Assembly (NCBI GenBank): GCA_039545335.1 | Contig: BCIN01000008.1 | Location: 1,003,528-1,067,527 of the forward strand | Reading direction: 5' to 3' | DNA from: Kondoa subrosea | Lineage: Eukaryota | Length of the DNA: 64,000 bases | Shown: piece by piece, positions 1-13,597 of the stretch | Position numbering within the stretch: position 1 is the first letter of the stretch | Layout of the letters: each line of letters opens with the position of its first letter | Notes under the pieces: model-generated | Told to the model about the DNA's origin: nothing | Seen by the model: only the letters and a program-made list of their open reading frames with translations | Database searches by the model: none | Translations under genes and position numbers: made by a program

Positions 1-911
1 CATCATTGCTTGCTTCTTCAGCTTCAGATAAAGCGAACCCGTTCTTCTTCTTCTCCCTACATTGTCTTTTTGGTCTTCTACCTCCGCTCTCTGTTTCCTC
101 ATCGGCAGAGCAAGGCGATTCGATACGAGCCCGTTTCTGCGATTGTGGAGAAGTAGCTTCTGGTTGAGAGGCACCTTGACTACTTTTCTTTTTCTCAGCA
201 GCAAGGTCAGCCCTTGTTTGCCTCAAATGAGCACTCAGAGATGACGAATCGAGTCGGCAAGATGAAAGCTGCTTGTCTAATGAGTCAACACGGATGTCCA
301 GTGCTTTGATAGTATTCGTTTTCGTAAGCACTTCCTGATTGAGAGCTCTGACTTTATCTTCTGCAAATGCGTGGTCTTGAAGAAGTTGTTCATAGTTGCG
401 CTCAAGCTGATTGTAGTCTGTCTGCATCTTCTGCATTTTCGTTTCCAAAGCGCTAACTTCAGAATTAATAGCTTGCTATAAATCAACTCATGAACATTCT
501 CTGTCCAGTTATGGTAGAGAGCAACAACATACCAGTTCGTCGGCTCTTATACCACCAATGAATTCCCGATACTCCTTGATAGTGAGTCCACACTCGGGAT
601 CAGAATGCAGAGATGCTTTCAGCTCTCTCTTCCGGCACAATTCGACCAGTCCGAAGCGGCAGGCGAGCTTGAATTGATGGTAGGCTTCTTTTGCAGTGAC
701 CATCTCACTAAACGGGCGTACACATAAGCACCCAGAAGCACGGATGGAAAGCAGCTTACAACTCCAAAAGCGACTTTTCAAATGCTTGAACTATTGCAGC
801 GAGACCACCAATGCTAGCGAACCGTTCTAAATCTTTGCATATCATGTCCATCTTCTCCTGATCACTCATCACAGGGCCATTGCCAGATGAAGACGATTGG
901 GAGATATTCAT
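1..911 (-). CDS. Hypothetical multi-exon protein, partial (runs off the left edge), coiled-coil-like C-terminal part
   Basis: ATG at 911 opens MNISQSSSSGNGPVMSDQEKMDMICKDLER up to a GTTCGC donor; further coding-like segments at 509-710 and below. No family recognised and exon phases are unresolved. Confidence 0.35.
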
Positions 912-1318
912 GACTTCCAGGAGGGGATGAGTAAGATGAGAATGATAGACAGTGAATAGAGTACTGTACGGAGAGCAGAAGAAGAGTCCGGTTCAGCAAC
1001 AGTGACACCCAAGCAGAATCGATTTCTAGCTGTCTCAATCAGATAATCAAAGATAGCTAGAGCGCTCAAATACAGTAACTCCTGGAAGCAGACTAGAAAT
1101 GACCAAGACAATGATTTCAGCTAGCAGAGCCGACAGAACAAGGCGGAGCAGTCGTTGTCGAGGAGAACAGATCAAATATCGAATGTTCGACCGCATCGGT
1201 GATTTACAGCTTAAAGCATGCTGTTCCTGCTCCGTTCCGAAATGGATGAAGATCTCAGTCATTAATAGTGCCTGCGGTTCCTCAATATTGATAGAAATAC
1301 ATCGGTTTGCATTGGAAG

Positions 1319-4138
1319 CTAGCTTTGATCCACATCGATACTCGCCGCATACGCTTCCTTCTCCTTCTGTTCCGATTGATCTATCAGGTAGCGAATAGCG
1401 AATGAGTTCTCATCGCAACTGAACAAAACTCAGCGAAGATTCCAAAGGATGGAAGACAAAACTCACATCTTGACAATATGCTGCTGACAATCCTGCAACA
1501 CTTTCTGAAGACTTCGCAGAGTAGCAGCTACCTCCGCTGCTTTAATTTTGAGTGATCGACCATGAGCAGCTATCAGACCATCGATCCACATGAGGTTGAA
1601 TTCGATATGCCGGCTTCCTTTTTCCAGTTCAGAAGCAATAAACCGTATAAGAGGTTCAGCGTAGACTTCTGGTAATTGCGAAGAAAGACGAGGAATATCG
1701 AAAGGATGTACGGATTCGTAAACTTGGCGTATTATTTGCTGTTCATTGAGACGGAAAGCCATGACAAGCGCTTTCAAATGTTCTGAATCATCGATAGCCT
1801 GATCTATTGTTTCAGGAGTCACTTCAATATCGAGATCGAAAGGGTCGAAAGCGGCTACATCAGAATCGAGTGAGTAGACAAGAAGACCTTCAGTTGATGC
1901 AGCAGCCCAACTGCGACCAGCGGGAGAGAACCTTATGCACTTTGTTCTTGCTTCAGGTCTGTACTTGCGTTTTGACTTGTCTCCTTTGATTGCTCCAGGT
2001 AAAGTAGCATCCAATCTTTCTTCTAAATCGCTCGCATCACCCGTTTCATCAATCAAATCCAGCGCAACACCTTCGGCTGTAATCTTTCTCGAGTCCAAGA
2101 AATCTTGAGTACCATCCAAAGCCAAGTTCTCACTGATCGTCCATTTCCGTAGTAAGACGCTTTCCCTCACATCATAAAGACAAACATGTTTGCTGTTGCC
2201 TCCGGCCAAAACGCAAGATCCATCAGCAGTATAAGAAATTGACGTGAACGCTTTGCCAGATTCACTATTTGCAGCTGTTCTTCGATCATCAGCTTTCCTT
2301 CCTCCTCCAACATCTCTTCTTCCTTCAATCAAACCAACTTGTCTACCTTCTTTCGGATCAAAGAATAAAATCCGACCACTTAAATTCGTCACAGCCAATT
2401 CTTTTCCATCAGGTCTCCAACAACAACTCAATCCATCCGAACCAAGATTGAAACTTTCTGAACTTCCTCCTCTTCTTCCATACAATTCCCAAGTTCTAGC
2501 ACTCCCATCCCAAGAACTTGATGCCAATCTTAAATCACCAGCAGTAGAAAAAGATAAACAAGAAATAGGTCCTTCGTGACCTGATAAAGTTTCAATAAGT
2601 TTCCCAGTTTGGGTTGACCAAACGTAGATTTCGAAATTGCCAGAAGAAGCTGCTGATCCTGCTGCAGCTACAATTTCACCCGATGGATCTACTGCTAGAG
2701 AGTTGAATTGGACTGGTGAAGGTGAAGTGAAAGTTCTGAAATTTCGATAGCGAACCATATCGAAAGCTCTAACGGTCCCATCTAGAGAAGCAGAAAAGAT
2801 GACTTGACCTTGTTTTGAGAATTCGACAGCTGAGATTGACGAAGAATGGTTGTCGAAAGTAACGAAACAGAATCCAGAAGTTGCGTTCCATAATTTTACT
2901 TTCCCATCATCACCTCCGGTAACGATGTATTGACCACCATCGTCCGGAGAAAAGGCCAAACAGTTCATATCAAAGTAATGACCTTGTTGTTTGAGGATAT
3001 AGGATTCAGATTGCCATTCCCAAACCAGAAGCTGCCCAAGTTTCGAAGCACCGAAAGCGAGCCATTCTCCTGTTGTATTCACTGCTACTGAAGTAATCTT
3101 TTCTTGAGAGATGGAAAGAGTATGGATAGAATTGAACGAAGGCATTTCCCAAAGACCGAAAACACCATTGGTGAAACCGACAATGAGAAGGGAAGAAGGT
3201 GAATGAAAAGTGACTGAAACAACTTTGCTGTTTGGTTGGTTGCAGAAATGTTTTGATTGCACTCCCCATCGAGTGTTGGCAACTTGATTGACTGGATGAT
3301 CGAGAGAAGAAGTAGAAGGAACAGGTTCAGCAGGTGCCATTTCCGTATCATCGTCGTCTTCAGAATCTTCTTCCGAGCTCTTTGCCTGCCAGGTATACAC
3401 GGCGCCATCTCGACCGATAGTGTAGATTGATTTCTGATCTTTTGAGAAGTAGGCAGCGAGAACATAATCTTTGTGGCCAGCAAGAGTCTTTGATTTGTAT
3501 CCTTTGACGTGCTGTACGATGAAGAGTCGAGCAGTCATATCTTTGCTGGTAGTAAGGAAGAATCTACAAGCAAGCAATAAGTAAAAATCAGTCGTAGATT
3601 GGCTTCTCTGACCTTGAATCTGCAGACCATTGTACACTGAGCACTTCATCATAATGACCGGTATAAGTCTTATGCAATACAAAGGGGGCAAACTCTCTTG
3701 CCAAGTGAGATGGAGTGAGCCAAACTTGAGCTTGATTGCCTTTGGTCACCAAGATGTATTTGCCATTGGGTGAGAATTGCACATCATTGACTGGAGCTTT
3801 GAGATTGAAGTGATGCAGAACAGTAGATCGTTTGAAATGAACCAGCATAGCTCTTCCATCTGTATCCACTGAGAGCAAAATATTTCCATCTGGTGAAAGA
3901 GCTATTCGAGCGACATTCTTGCGATGCTCGTAGTTGAGAACTCGGGATTTGCTGTTGACCAAGTCGAAGACTGCTACCCTGTTGCCTACAGGCGATAGCA
4001 CTGTATTTCCATCTTGCGAGAAAATGACATTGCCTTGCTTATACACCGTTCCTGTGATAGAATTGAGCTCCTGCTGCTGTCATAGTCTCCAGAAAGCTGA
4101 CCTAGTAGATTCTGGAAAGTGAATGCACTCAGCACCAT
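1319..4138 (-). CDS. PWP2: Periodic tryptophan protein 2 (WD40 SSU processome UTP-B subunit, Utp1)
   Basis: Spliced start MVLSAFTFQNLLG|TVYKQGNVIFSQDGNTVLSPVGNRVAVFDL. Many WD40 repeats, LGQLLVWEWQSESYILKQQGH, C-terminal Utp12-like FDPFDLDIEVTPE region. Last exon CDENSFAIRYLIDQ...* at 1319. Confidence 0.95.
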
Positions 4139-4337
4139 CGAAACTTAGTAGACGTGCTTCGTCGTGTTAATGCAAAAGCGATCATGTCAAAATACCAGAG
4201 CGGAAGCTTCAGTCAGTACAATGAGCACATGTACAGGCACTACGTATACTATTTACAAATTCAACAGACTCAACAGACGAATGTTACACATATTCGACCT
4301 AGATCTCAATCTCAATCCTCCTCTCTTCATCTTCTTT

Positions 4338-6445
4338 TCAATAGTTGAAGCTTTCCCTGACCACAGCTTTCCTGTCAAACCCATTTTCTTCTAAAGCTTT
4401 GCAAGCACCTTCTTCATAAGCGGCCGAACCGCACAAGAATACTTTCCTCTCCTTCAAATCTGCAACAAAGGATAAAGACGAGCCGAGCAATCTTCCTTTG
4501 CTGTAAGAAGTAGAAGGAGTAGAAGATGGAATAGGAGAAGAAGTATCGCCTGTGAGCTGATAACGAACTTGAACGTTCTGGAGTTCCGAGTGATTGATCG
4601 CTTTGTCAATGATATCTTGGAAAGTTGTGTATTCTGAAGCGCGGCAGGAGATGATGAGTATAATATCGTCTTCTTTTCTTCTTCCTTGAATCATAGCCAG
4701 AGCTGGAGTAACACCAATACCGCCAGCAAGCAGAAGTATTTTGCCAGGTTCACTAGGCAGAACGAAAGTGCCTGCAATGCCGAAGAGAGGTAAGGAGATA
4801 GCTGCTTGACCTTTGAATTGTCCATCATCTTTCTCATTCACCATCTTTCCGAAATGGAAAATGACGGGCGTAACTCTGCCATCTTTCTTCAGGCGCATGG
4901 TGATTGACATCGCTACTGATTTCTCTTCCTTTTTCGGAACCCAAGAAGAAATTGTCCAGCTTCTTACGCCGCTGATCCGAGTCGTTCAGCATGTGTGAAA
5001 ATAACAGCGACAAACTTACTCATCGTTCAACTCCTTTTCACCACCTCTATATCTAGCCATATGAGAGTATCGCTTAGAACTAGGATCCAAGAAGACGCTA
5101 CAGTCCAGAATAGCATATTGACCAGGTTTGTATGAATCATAAAGCTCTTCAAAAGATTGGTTTTCTGTAGGAGCAAGGTTGAAAGTAACGGTAGCTAATT
5201 CATCGGAGAGCAACTCAAAGCGAGAAAAAGTAGCTGATGAAGTATTCCGGTCTGCTGAGACTTTCAACCCAGATTCCGAGTTCAAGAGTCGGACAGGAGG
5301 ATTATATGGACTAGGAGAAGCTGTGTTGACCTGACGAAGTGGTAAAGCTTGAGGAGAAAAGATATAGCCAGTAACTCGTAATTCAGTAACAGCATGAACG
5401 CCTCGCATCAAGGCTTGTTGGACAGCTGAACGTCCAAAGTATTGCTTGACCGTGCCAGTGAGGTAAAGAATATCGCCTGTATGCCAATTTGGAATTGTGA
5501 AGCCAGCTAAAGGGGTTTGTTGCATGCTATGTACTTGAATGAGTATATATGCACCTCTACGCTCGATGGGGATAGCTTACTTGCCAACTGACTGCATATA
5601 TCTAGTCTGACATTAGAGAGAGATGTCCGCTCTGATGCCGAAACTCACCTGTTACCGCTCCAATCAGGCAAATACACGGTATTGCGAGTCTTCGGATCAA
5701 CTCGAATGAAGCCAGAATGACCGCCTCGATGATTCATGCCAAGATGAGATTCGTCTTCGTCCATCGGAGGCAAGTAAGCAGTGGCTAAGAACAGAATATC
5801 GGCTTTCGCTATATGATCAAGAACAAGATCTGGCAGAGGTTCATCTGATGCGTTGAACTGGGACAAAAGTCCTTGGGAGGAAGATGTAGAAGGTGCCGGT
5901 CGAGCTTCCAATTCTCGTATCGTAATATACTCTGCTTTGTGGTTTAGGATACTGGCTACTTGCAGGTACAACTACTGACTTGGACAATTACCCAGAGCTT
6001 GATTGATTCGGAAGTCAAGCAAACAAGTACCATCTTCCTGCTTCTCTATACTATCGAGGTGACCAGCAAACTTGTTTCTCCTTCGGTTCTCCAGATTTAT
6101 AGCTACTCCGCTGATCAGATGCTTGTTCAGGATAGTTTTGCCTCGCGATAGGTTCTCGAGTACCGGATCACCAGTCGTGAGCTTCGCCTTGACTTGCATC
6201 TTATAGTTGTGCGAAGCAGAGGCGAAGTTGCGCTCTCCATTGCAAGTAAGAATGCTCGCCCACGGTCGACCTTGCGAATCAAGTGAAGTGACAGGTAAGA
6301 ACTGCAACTCCTGTAGTAGACCGCGATGTTCCGCAGGCAAAGAAGGCTCTATTGCATTGTATCCACCGCTCGAAGCTTGAACAAACCCGAGTTGACTTTG
6401 TGCGGAGATTTCTCCCTTATGCCAGACTTTGGGGCCCACGAACAT
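4338..6445 (-). CDS. Pyridoxamine 5'-phosphate oxidase-like FMN-binding / ferredoxin-reductase-type FAD/NAD-binding oxidoreductase
   Basis: N-terminal WHKGE...DSQGRPWASIL...RRRNKFAG...GNCP; second PNPOx-like domain (MNHRGGHSGF, LPDWSGNR); C-terminal FNR motifs PGQY, LAGGIGVTP, VFLCG, RESFNY. Confidence 0.85.
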
Positions 6446-6635
6446 GGCTGATGTGTTGGTCAAAAGCAGAGGTATAGAAGAGCACAACGGTATTCGCCAA
6501 TCTCAAACGCAAGGTATCATTTGGCTGCTACAGGAAAAGCAGCCCAATCATTACTAATCATTTCATTAGGGAATATTAATGTTATGAGATGACCTTACAT
6601 ACAACATCTTAAAATACAGTATGGCTATTTTACAA

Positions 6636-9600
6636 TCATGCTCCTGACTTGACAGATGAAGTATTATCCCGTACAGACTGCTGAAATCTCTTGAGTAAGT
6701 CTTTGGCTGCTGGACTCGATACTTCATTCAGCCGACTGTTGCCCAGAGAGGAAACAAAAGAAGATGCAAGAGTTGATTTCCCAAGAGAAATAGGCATAGG
6801 AGCTGTTTCACTCGTTGAGCTTTCGGCAAAACTTGCTCGATGACTCTTCCTTCGCAGCGCTTTGATATTTTCTGAGCTTGCTTGGCCTTCGCCTGCACTA
6901 ACATACGTAAAGCCGGCAGATGTGGTAGGCGATACGCTTTGATAGACTGAAGTCGACGTTCCCGCAGCCGAAGACTTTGGACGGTAGAGTATAGGTTTGC
7001 TATTGCGACTTTGAGCCGGAGATGTACCTCGAATAGATGCTACGAGAGAAGGGTTCGAAGGCAAGAATGCCGGAGACGTGGATAATGCTGAGACTGAAGG
7101 CAGATTGTCCAGCTTTGATTCAGGAGCAGACTGCGAGATCACAGCTGGCTCAAGTGTGGTAGGAGACGAGGCTTTAATTGAGTTAGATGCCGCTAAGGAT
7201 CGAGTCAAGCCGGATGGATTAGCCCGAGGTATTGGTTGCGATGCTGCTGATTTGAGAGGCGTAAAATTCGTGCTATCCATAGGCGAAGTAGAGTGAAGAG
7301 CGACGGTCTTTTCTTCTGAGTTTTCGATTGAACTAGCTGACGGATCAGCAAGCTTTCGATCGTTTACTGGTGAGGAAGGTGCAGATTTAGATGGCGGAGG
7401 TGAATCCAAAACAGTTGCAGATGGTTGAGGCAGAGAAGTAGAAGCCGATTTTCTGCGTGTAGAACTATATCGGGAGCTAGGTGCCCAGCTTTCGGTTTGC
7501 AATAGCCAATACTTTGTGCCATTAGCAAGACCGTATGGGTTGCTGGTAGGGTCCTGTTGACGTTGTCAGCTACATCTTGGAGACAAACTGAGGACAAACC
7601 TTCGCATCGACTACCTTTTCGTCGATTTGCGAAATGCGTGCAACCAGCCCTTTAATAATCCGATTTTAGTCAAAAACTTCATACTATGTAAATCGCAAGA
7701 AGGCGTACATTCCCGAGTCTTGATCTGCTCAGCTACTTGTCCAGTAGGTGAAAGGAAATAATGGGGAAAGCCAGCATTGAAAGCTGCCCAAACTTGCGCT
7801 GTCGTATTTCGTGTCGGTAAAAAGAGCGCGAGATCGCCCTGCGCAAAATTGCGAAAGGCAATTTTCTCCGCTGCAGCTGCTGTAGATTGTTTGGCTCGCT
7901 CTCTGTATCCTTTGCATTCTTTCTGCCATTTCCGAAGAGAAAGGTTCAGCTCAGCTGATTTCGAGGTCACTGCACTTTGCAGCACCGAGTTCGATTCACA
8001 CAGGCGAGATTCCATGTCCTGCAGAGCCGTATCCACTCGATCCAGAAGTTCTTCGTTTTCTGGAAAGGTGAAATTGGACGATGTAGGCTCTTCCGTAGCT
8101 GCGACTACATCTTCGCCCGAAGGTTTACTTTGTAATACCTGCAGAGTACTATGATGCTGCTCCAAGACTGACTTGATCATCAAGAAGACTTTGCTCATCG
8201 CTGTAGAGTATCTAGCTTTCTCCGAGTGAGATTCGGCTTGTGATATTTCGACCCGTTTTTGACTCGAGACCAATTGCGCTTGCAAGCTCGAGAGCTGCAG
8301 GTTGAGCTGATCCAGATCTTCGGACCGCTCTTGCAATGCTGTGCGCGTATCGCCCTCCAGCTTTCGCAGTTTGTCCAGCTGTTCCTCCAATCCAGCGCGA
8401 TCGAGTTCACTCTCGACTCTGTAGTCTGCGAATTCTTTCTGAGAATTCGAGAGGATTGTTTGCTCTGATTTAAGATGTTGTAGCGTTTCATCATAGAGGG
8501 ATTGTAGAGAGGCTACTTTGCTGCGGAGATCTTCCAAATCAGACACATCTTGTTGACGCTGTTTTGACTGGATATCCATTGTCAGTTCAGCCGCGTCCAA
8601 TTGGTGCCGAATGCCGACATTCTTTTCTTCCAAAAACTTCAGCTTGTCCAGGCTCAATCTGTTTTCGAATTGCAAATTGGCCAAAGCTTGAGAAAGTTCG
8701 GCAGAAGTGGCGTGAACATCGCTAAGCTCCTTTTCATGAGTGGTCTTCTCCTGTGAAGCTGAGATCTTCGCAGCTTGAAGAAGGCCTTTGCCTTCAGCTA
8801 CTTCTCGCGAATATCGATCGCGCTCGGATAGAGCAATTTGCAAGTTAGCTTGAACTTCTTCCAAGCGTGTTGCTAGATCCGCTTGCGTTCCCTTTTGCAC
8901 ATCAATAGCTTTCAGTCTATGTGTTCGCTCGCTTTCAAGTTCGGTGTGAAGTCTTGATTCTCGATCCAACATGCTACTACGTTCGTGCAGAGCTCTTTGT
9001 AGTTTGGCTTCTAAACCAGCGTTCTTCATGCTAAGTTCGGCTACTTCGCTTTCTCTAGCACTCCGTTCATTTTGCAATTCCCGCTCGGCATTGAATTTCG
9101 CATCTTCCAGAGAACGGAGTTGACCCTCCAAAGCAACTTGAGAAGCTGATGGCGTTCCAGAAGGGCTCACTGTAAGACAGCGGAGATCTTTGAGACGAGG
9201 CAAGAAAGAAAATTGAGAACTTACCTGGTTTTGACGATGATATCCGCTCAAACTCTTTCTCCATGCTTTCTAACTTTATGAGTTGGTCTTCTAGTAATGA
9301 CTTAGCTTGAACAAGAGGGTGCACAGCTTCTTGCCCAAGGATCAGGTCCTCGGGTGAAAGGGCCTCATATAGCTCAGACAACCTATTTCGTAGATCTAAA
9401 TAATGATATAAGGCTAATCTGACTCAACCAGATGTCAGGAAGCTCACCCTTGATATTGTCCAAAGTCACTTCGGGAAGTTCCTCGAGCGCTTCACCACTT
9501 TTCCCTCTTTTGATCTCAACTTCGGCCAGGTCAGTAGATTGATCTAGCCCTTTGATCTCCCATGGTAAGCGACCGCCCAATTCGCTTCTGTATAACAAGC

Positions 9601-11384
9601 GTTTCTTGTTCTCTGAAGCGGTGATCTTGGACAAGATAGCATTCAGAGCCGAAGAATGAGTAGAAAGTAAGCGAGCTGTAAACGGGCGAATCAGTGGACC
9701 GATATGAATGAATCAGGTGATGACTTTACAGAAGGTCTTGCGCCGTAACAGCTCAACTATTGTACCAACATAAGCAGGAACCATGTCTTGCAGTCTAGCT
9801 AAGTGCTTGAAGGAATCGCATCGAGTCCTACAGAGTGCGATCAGTATTTTGGCGACATTGATCCGGTCGGCGGGAACCTACTTGAGATCGGTATCGAGCG
9901 ATTTGATCAATCCAGGCGTTGCTGAAAGATCCGACTGTAGAAGTGCAATATGTTGCAGAGATCCGATCACGGATCTGGTCGCTGCATTCTGTTGGCACAG
10001 ACTGAGTGATGTGCTACCGTTTATTTCTTGAGGCGGTTTACCTTGCGAGCAACCAGATAAAGCAACCTTTCCCTCGATTCACTTTCAAGCACAGCTAATT
10101 CTGACAACATATCCGCTTCTGCTTCTTTATCCGGTGCTGTAATCCTTTATCAGCTTGCTCTTCTAGAACAAGCGTCGAACTGACTGACCACTTTCTATAT
10201 TTCCTACCAGCTCTTCAACTCGTCTCCCAGCATCCAAAGAATCCTTTTCACAATCTTCCAAATCATCTAAATTTCCCTGAGCGAAATCCATAAATAATTC
10301 TTCTCCGCCTTCCTGAACGGCTTGTAACAGAGTATTCAGTTTCGTAAATTGGCTAGACATGTTGTTGTACGTCTTCTCGCATGATTGATAGACCGAATCA
10401 AATTTCTCTAGAGAGATGTAATCGACTAGAAAGCGTTCTTTAGGTATAGAAGTGATGGGTGAAGTAGCTTTGAGGGGAGCTGAAGTGGATCGGATGTGCG
10501 TGAAGTCAGGATTGAAAGAAGTAGAAGGTAATCTTCGAGGAGTTATCGAGGATGTCCCAAGGTTGGTAGAGGTGATAAGAGAAGGTAAGATTTTGATCTT
10601 GCGAACAAGTTGTAAACTTGGGTTATATGTCGCTAGTAATCGAGCGTAAGAAGAGAGTAAAGGTGATGCAAAGAGTTCAAAGGCTTCCGCTCCACCTTGT
10701 TTAGCTGTTCGGTGTCTATCGAGATTTGATAAAGCAACGGAAAGAGAGCTACGTTGAAGACTGAGGGAAGACAGAAGTGATTGTACTGATTCTAGATGGG
10801 CTTTAGAGGTTCTGAGATGCTTGTGAGCTAGTGCTTGAGCTGATATACCGTCTGACAAAGCTGTTCATCATTGATCAGTCTCTGTAATACGGATCAATGG
10901 GCTTGCACTGACTTGGCAGAACACCTTCCTTCAGAATAGAAGAAGGCGAAAGAGCAAGCTCGCTCTCTAGCTCATCAGGATCTGCCTCCAGATGTTCCCG
11001 GTTGAAGCAATATACATCTGTAATCGAGCCAGCTGTGATCTTCCTGCGTTCATCTACAGGCGAAGATCTTCGGCCAGAGTGATCGCTATAGTTGATGACC
11101 TCTCCAGACCCAGAAGGCGTAGCATTAGCGGCTCGTTTACAGGTTTCAATCAAGTGGGGTAAAGATGAGTTGCTGATTTGGCATCCGTTAGAATCCATCA
11201 GTATAAGGGACGAAGCAGGAATCAAGAGAAGTCGAGACAGCAATATCTGCAGGTCTTCCAGCCTGTCCCACAGCTATTACTATGCATTCCATTCGATGTT
11301 CCATTTCGCAATTCACCTTGAAACGCTCTCTATCTCATCCGCGATGTCAAAGGTCGAGCCATCGTGAGCTCGAATGGCTCTCAT
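6636..11384 (-). CDS. ATG11: Autophagy-related protein 11 (selective autophagy scaffold)
   Basis: Long coiled coil; ATG11 C-terminal motif KIAFRNFAQGDLALFLPTRN...WAAFNAGFPHYFL; spliced start MRAIRAHDGSTFDI at 11384; multiple introns. Confidence 0.9.
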
Positions 11385-11769
11385 TCTGGGATATATATAA
11401 CGCCAAAGGGTATCAACTGGTCAGGGCATCACTTGCTTGTTTCGAGTTGAGACAGCAAGTTGACAGCAAATGGTGACGTGAAATGAAGATCTAGTGGCTG
11501 AACCAGCGCAAATCAGACTTCTATGCTGCCTTATACTTGACTTATAACTCCTGTGCTCGCTTGGACTGGCAATCTTTTCGGCGAGCTCCTCACTTTGCAC
11601 TTGTTCTCTTTGACCTGTATAGGCCCACGACACATTGAAACTGCAGAGGAAGTCGAATATTGCGATAACTGACTGGCGGGAGGATATTCAGCTTCAACGC
11701 GATGGAGGATCGCATCACTCATACATTCGAACTTGATAGAAGTTGCCCCGAAGAAGGGCAAGCAGCAGT

Positions 11770-13217
11770 TCAAGCGCCAATACCAGCAGCTTCTCCAAAC
11801 AGAGCTTGACTATGGTGCCGCGGTCGTCAGAGCCGACAGATGTTTGCATCCCTCACACATCGTCTTCTGTATAAGTATATAATCCACCAGCATCGAATGA
11901 TCCTTCAGCGGCAGCTTCGAAAGCGATAGACCGCTCTGGATCTTCATCCGAGTCGATAGAGACAGATGAGGTAGAGTAAGACCGAGCCTTGCTTTTCGAT
12001 TTACTGATGCTGGCCCGTTTCTTTGGCTTGATGATTTCTTCTTGCTCTTCTTCCACATCCTCATCCTCTTCTACTTGAACCTCTTCCTCTTCTTCTTCTT
12101 CAGATATTTCAGCAGCTTTCTTCCGTCGCTTTTTATCATATTTGCCTTCCGCGGCATCTTTGCGACGGAAACACCCTCGAACTAGCTCTGACCAATATTG
12201 AGAGGTCTTGCAGCTTGTACAGGTACCAATAGTAGGTAGAAGGCTTTCAGAAGTGATGTACCGTTCTGCCAAACAATCGAGATGCGAGACTGAAGTACAT
12301 TTAGCCTCGGGACAGAAGGAAAAGGAAAGATGATCCTGCAGCAATCGGATCAGTGATATCCTATTGCTCACCACACAACGCGTACTTCTGTGTCAATTGA
12401 CTTCTTGCAGCATGCACAGATATGGTTCAGATCTTGAACTTTCTGCCATTTAGACCATTGTTCTACAGCCCAGTCTCGATCTTCCGTATCAATCGGATCC
12501 AAGCAGTCCTTCTGCCCATATCGCTTCGGATTCTCTCTTATCAATCTCTTGCCATCTACACCTTCTCTTCTCAAAATGATAGCTACATGATCCAAGTTTG
12601 GCCAAAAATCTCTACTAGCTAATCGTTCATTCGAGATCTTCCTGACTCAACCAGCCCTCTTATATGGCTTGACAGTCAGGGGACCATTTCGCAAAGCTTC
12701 ATCCCAAACTCTTTGCGCTTCGTCCGAATAAATTCTAATCTTTAAACCCAAACCATTCCAAGGATTGCAACTCAACATTCTTTGCAGCACAGCGATCTTG
12801 TATTGGAAATGATTGCCTCCTTTGCCAGGTTGAGCAGTAAACCAAGCTTGACCTTGATCGTTTCTCAAATGTCTAGAAATCTGAGGTTTCTGCCAGGCCC
12901 ATTCAAATTGCAAAGCAGCTAGTTTGGATGGGAAACCATAGACGTTGATCTCCATTTCCCAAGGCCGAGCCCATCGGGTTTGCATGGCTCCGCCTGCTTT
13001 TAATTCACCGTTATGCTGACGGATTCGACGAGGTGGATCAGGTGAAGAACCGATATAGGTGCGATTCGAGAAGACGCCATCTTTCTTACTGTACTCCGTG
13101 GTGAGATTGTGAAAGAGAAGTGGTACCGAGAACTTACGAGCGTAAAAGATAGCAAACATAAAGAGTAGGAAAGACGTGATTCGTCGAAGTAGAGCGAGAA
13201 GAAGTGGTAGGTTTCAT
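11770..13217 (-). CDS. SLX1: Structure-specific endonuclease SLX1 (GIY-YIG plus C-terminal Cys/His zinc domain)
   Basis: VCYLLRS|...[20 protein letters not shown]...[19 protein letters not shown]-terminal CACC...[14 protein letters not shown]...GTCTSC. The last exon and stop (11770 vs 11853) are uncertain. Confidence 0.9.
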
Positions 13218-13597
13218 CAGCGCAACTGAATCTTGCGTGTTTCAAACGAAGAAAAGATGTGATGCAGAATCAGACAACAAAGCAGATCATGGAAATGCTC
13301 GAGAACCAGTGAAAGCTTGCAGAAGAGCGCGGATGGGACTCTACACTTAAGCTATTGAGCTGACGGCAGGACTGGTCATAGCAATGACAGGGTATTTGGA
13401 GGCATTGCTCGCTGTTTCGTGTCAACCCAAAGGTTGGACAAGAGCGACCAAGCAAGCTCGAAAAAAGTGCCAACCCGGCTTAGAATAGGCTCTCATCAGA
13501 TATCCCGGACTGCTGCTATACCTTTATCGAGATACCAAAGCATTCTACCCAATCTTTTTTGCATTGCTCAAACTACGCGAAAACTTGTCGGACGAAC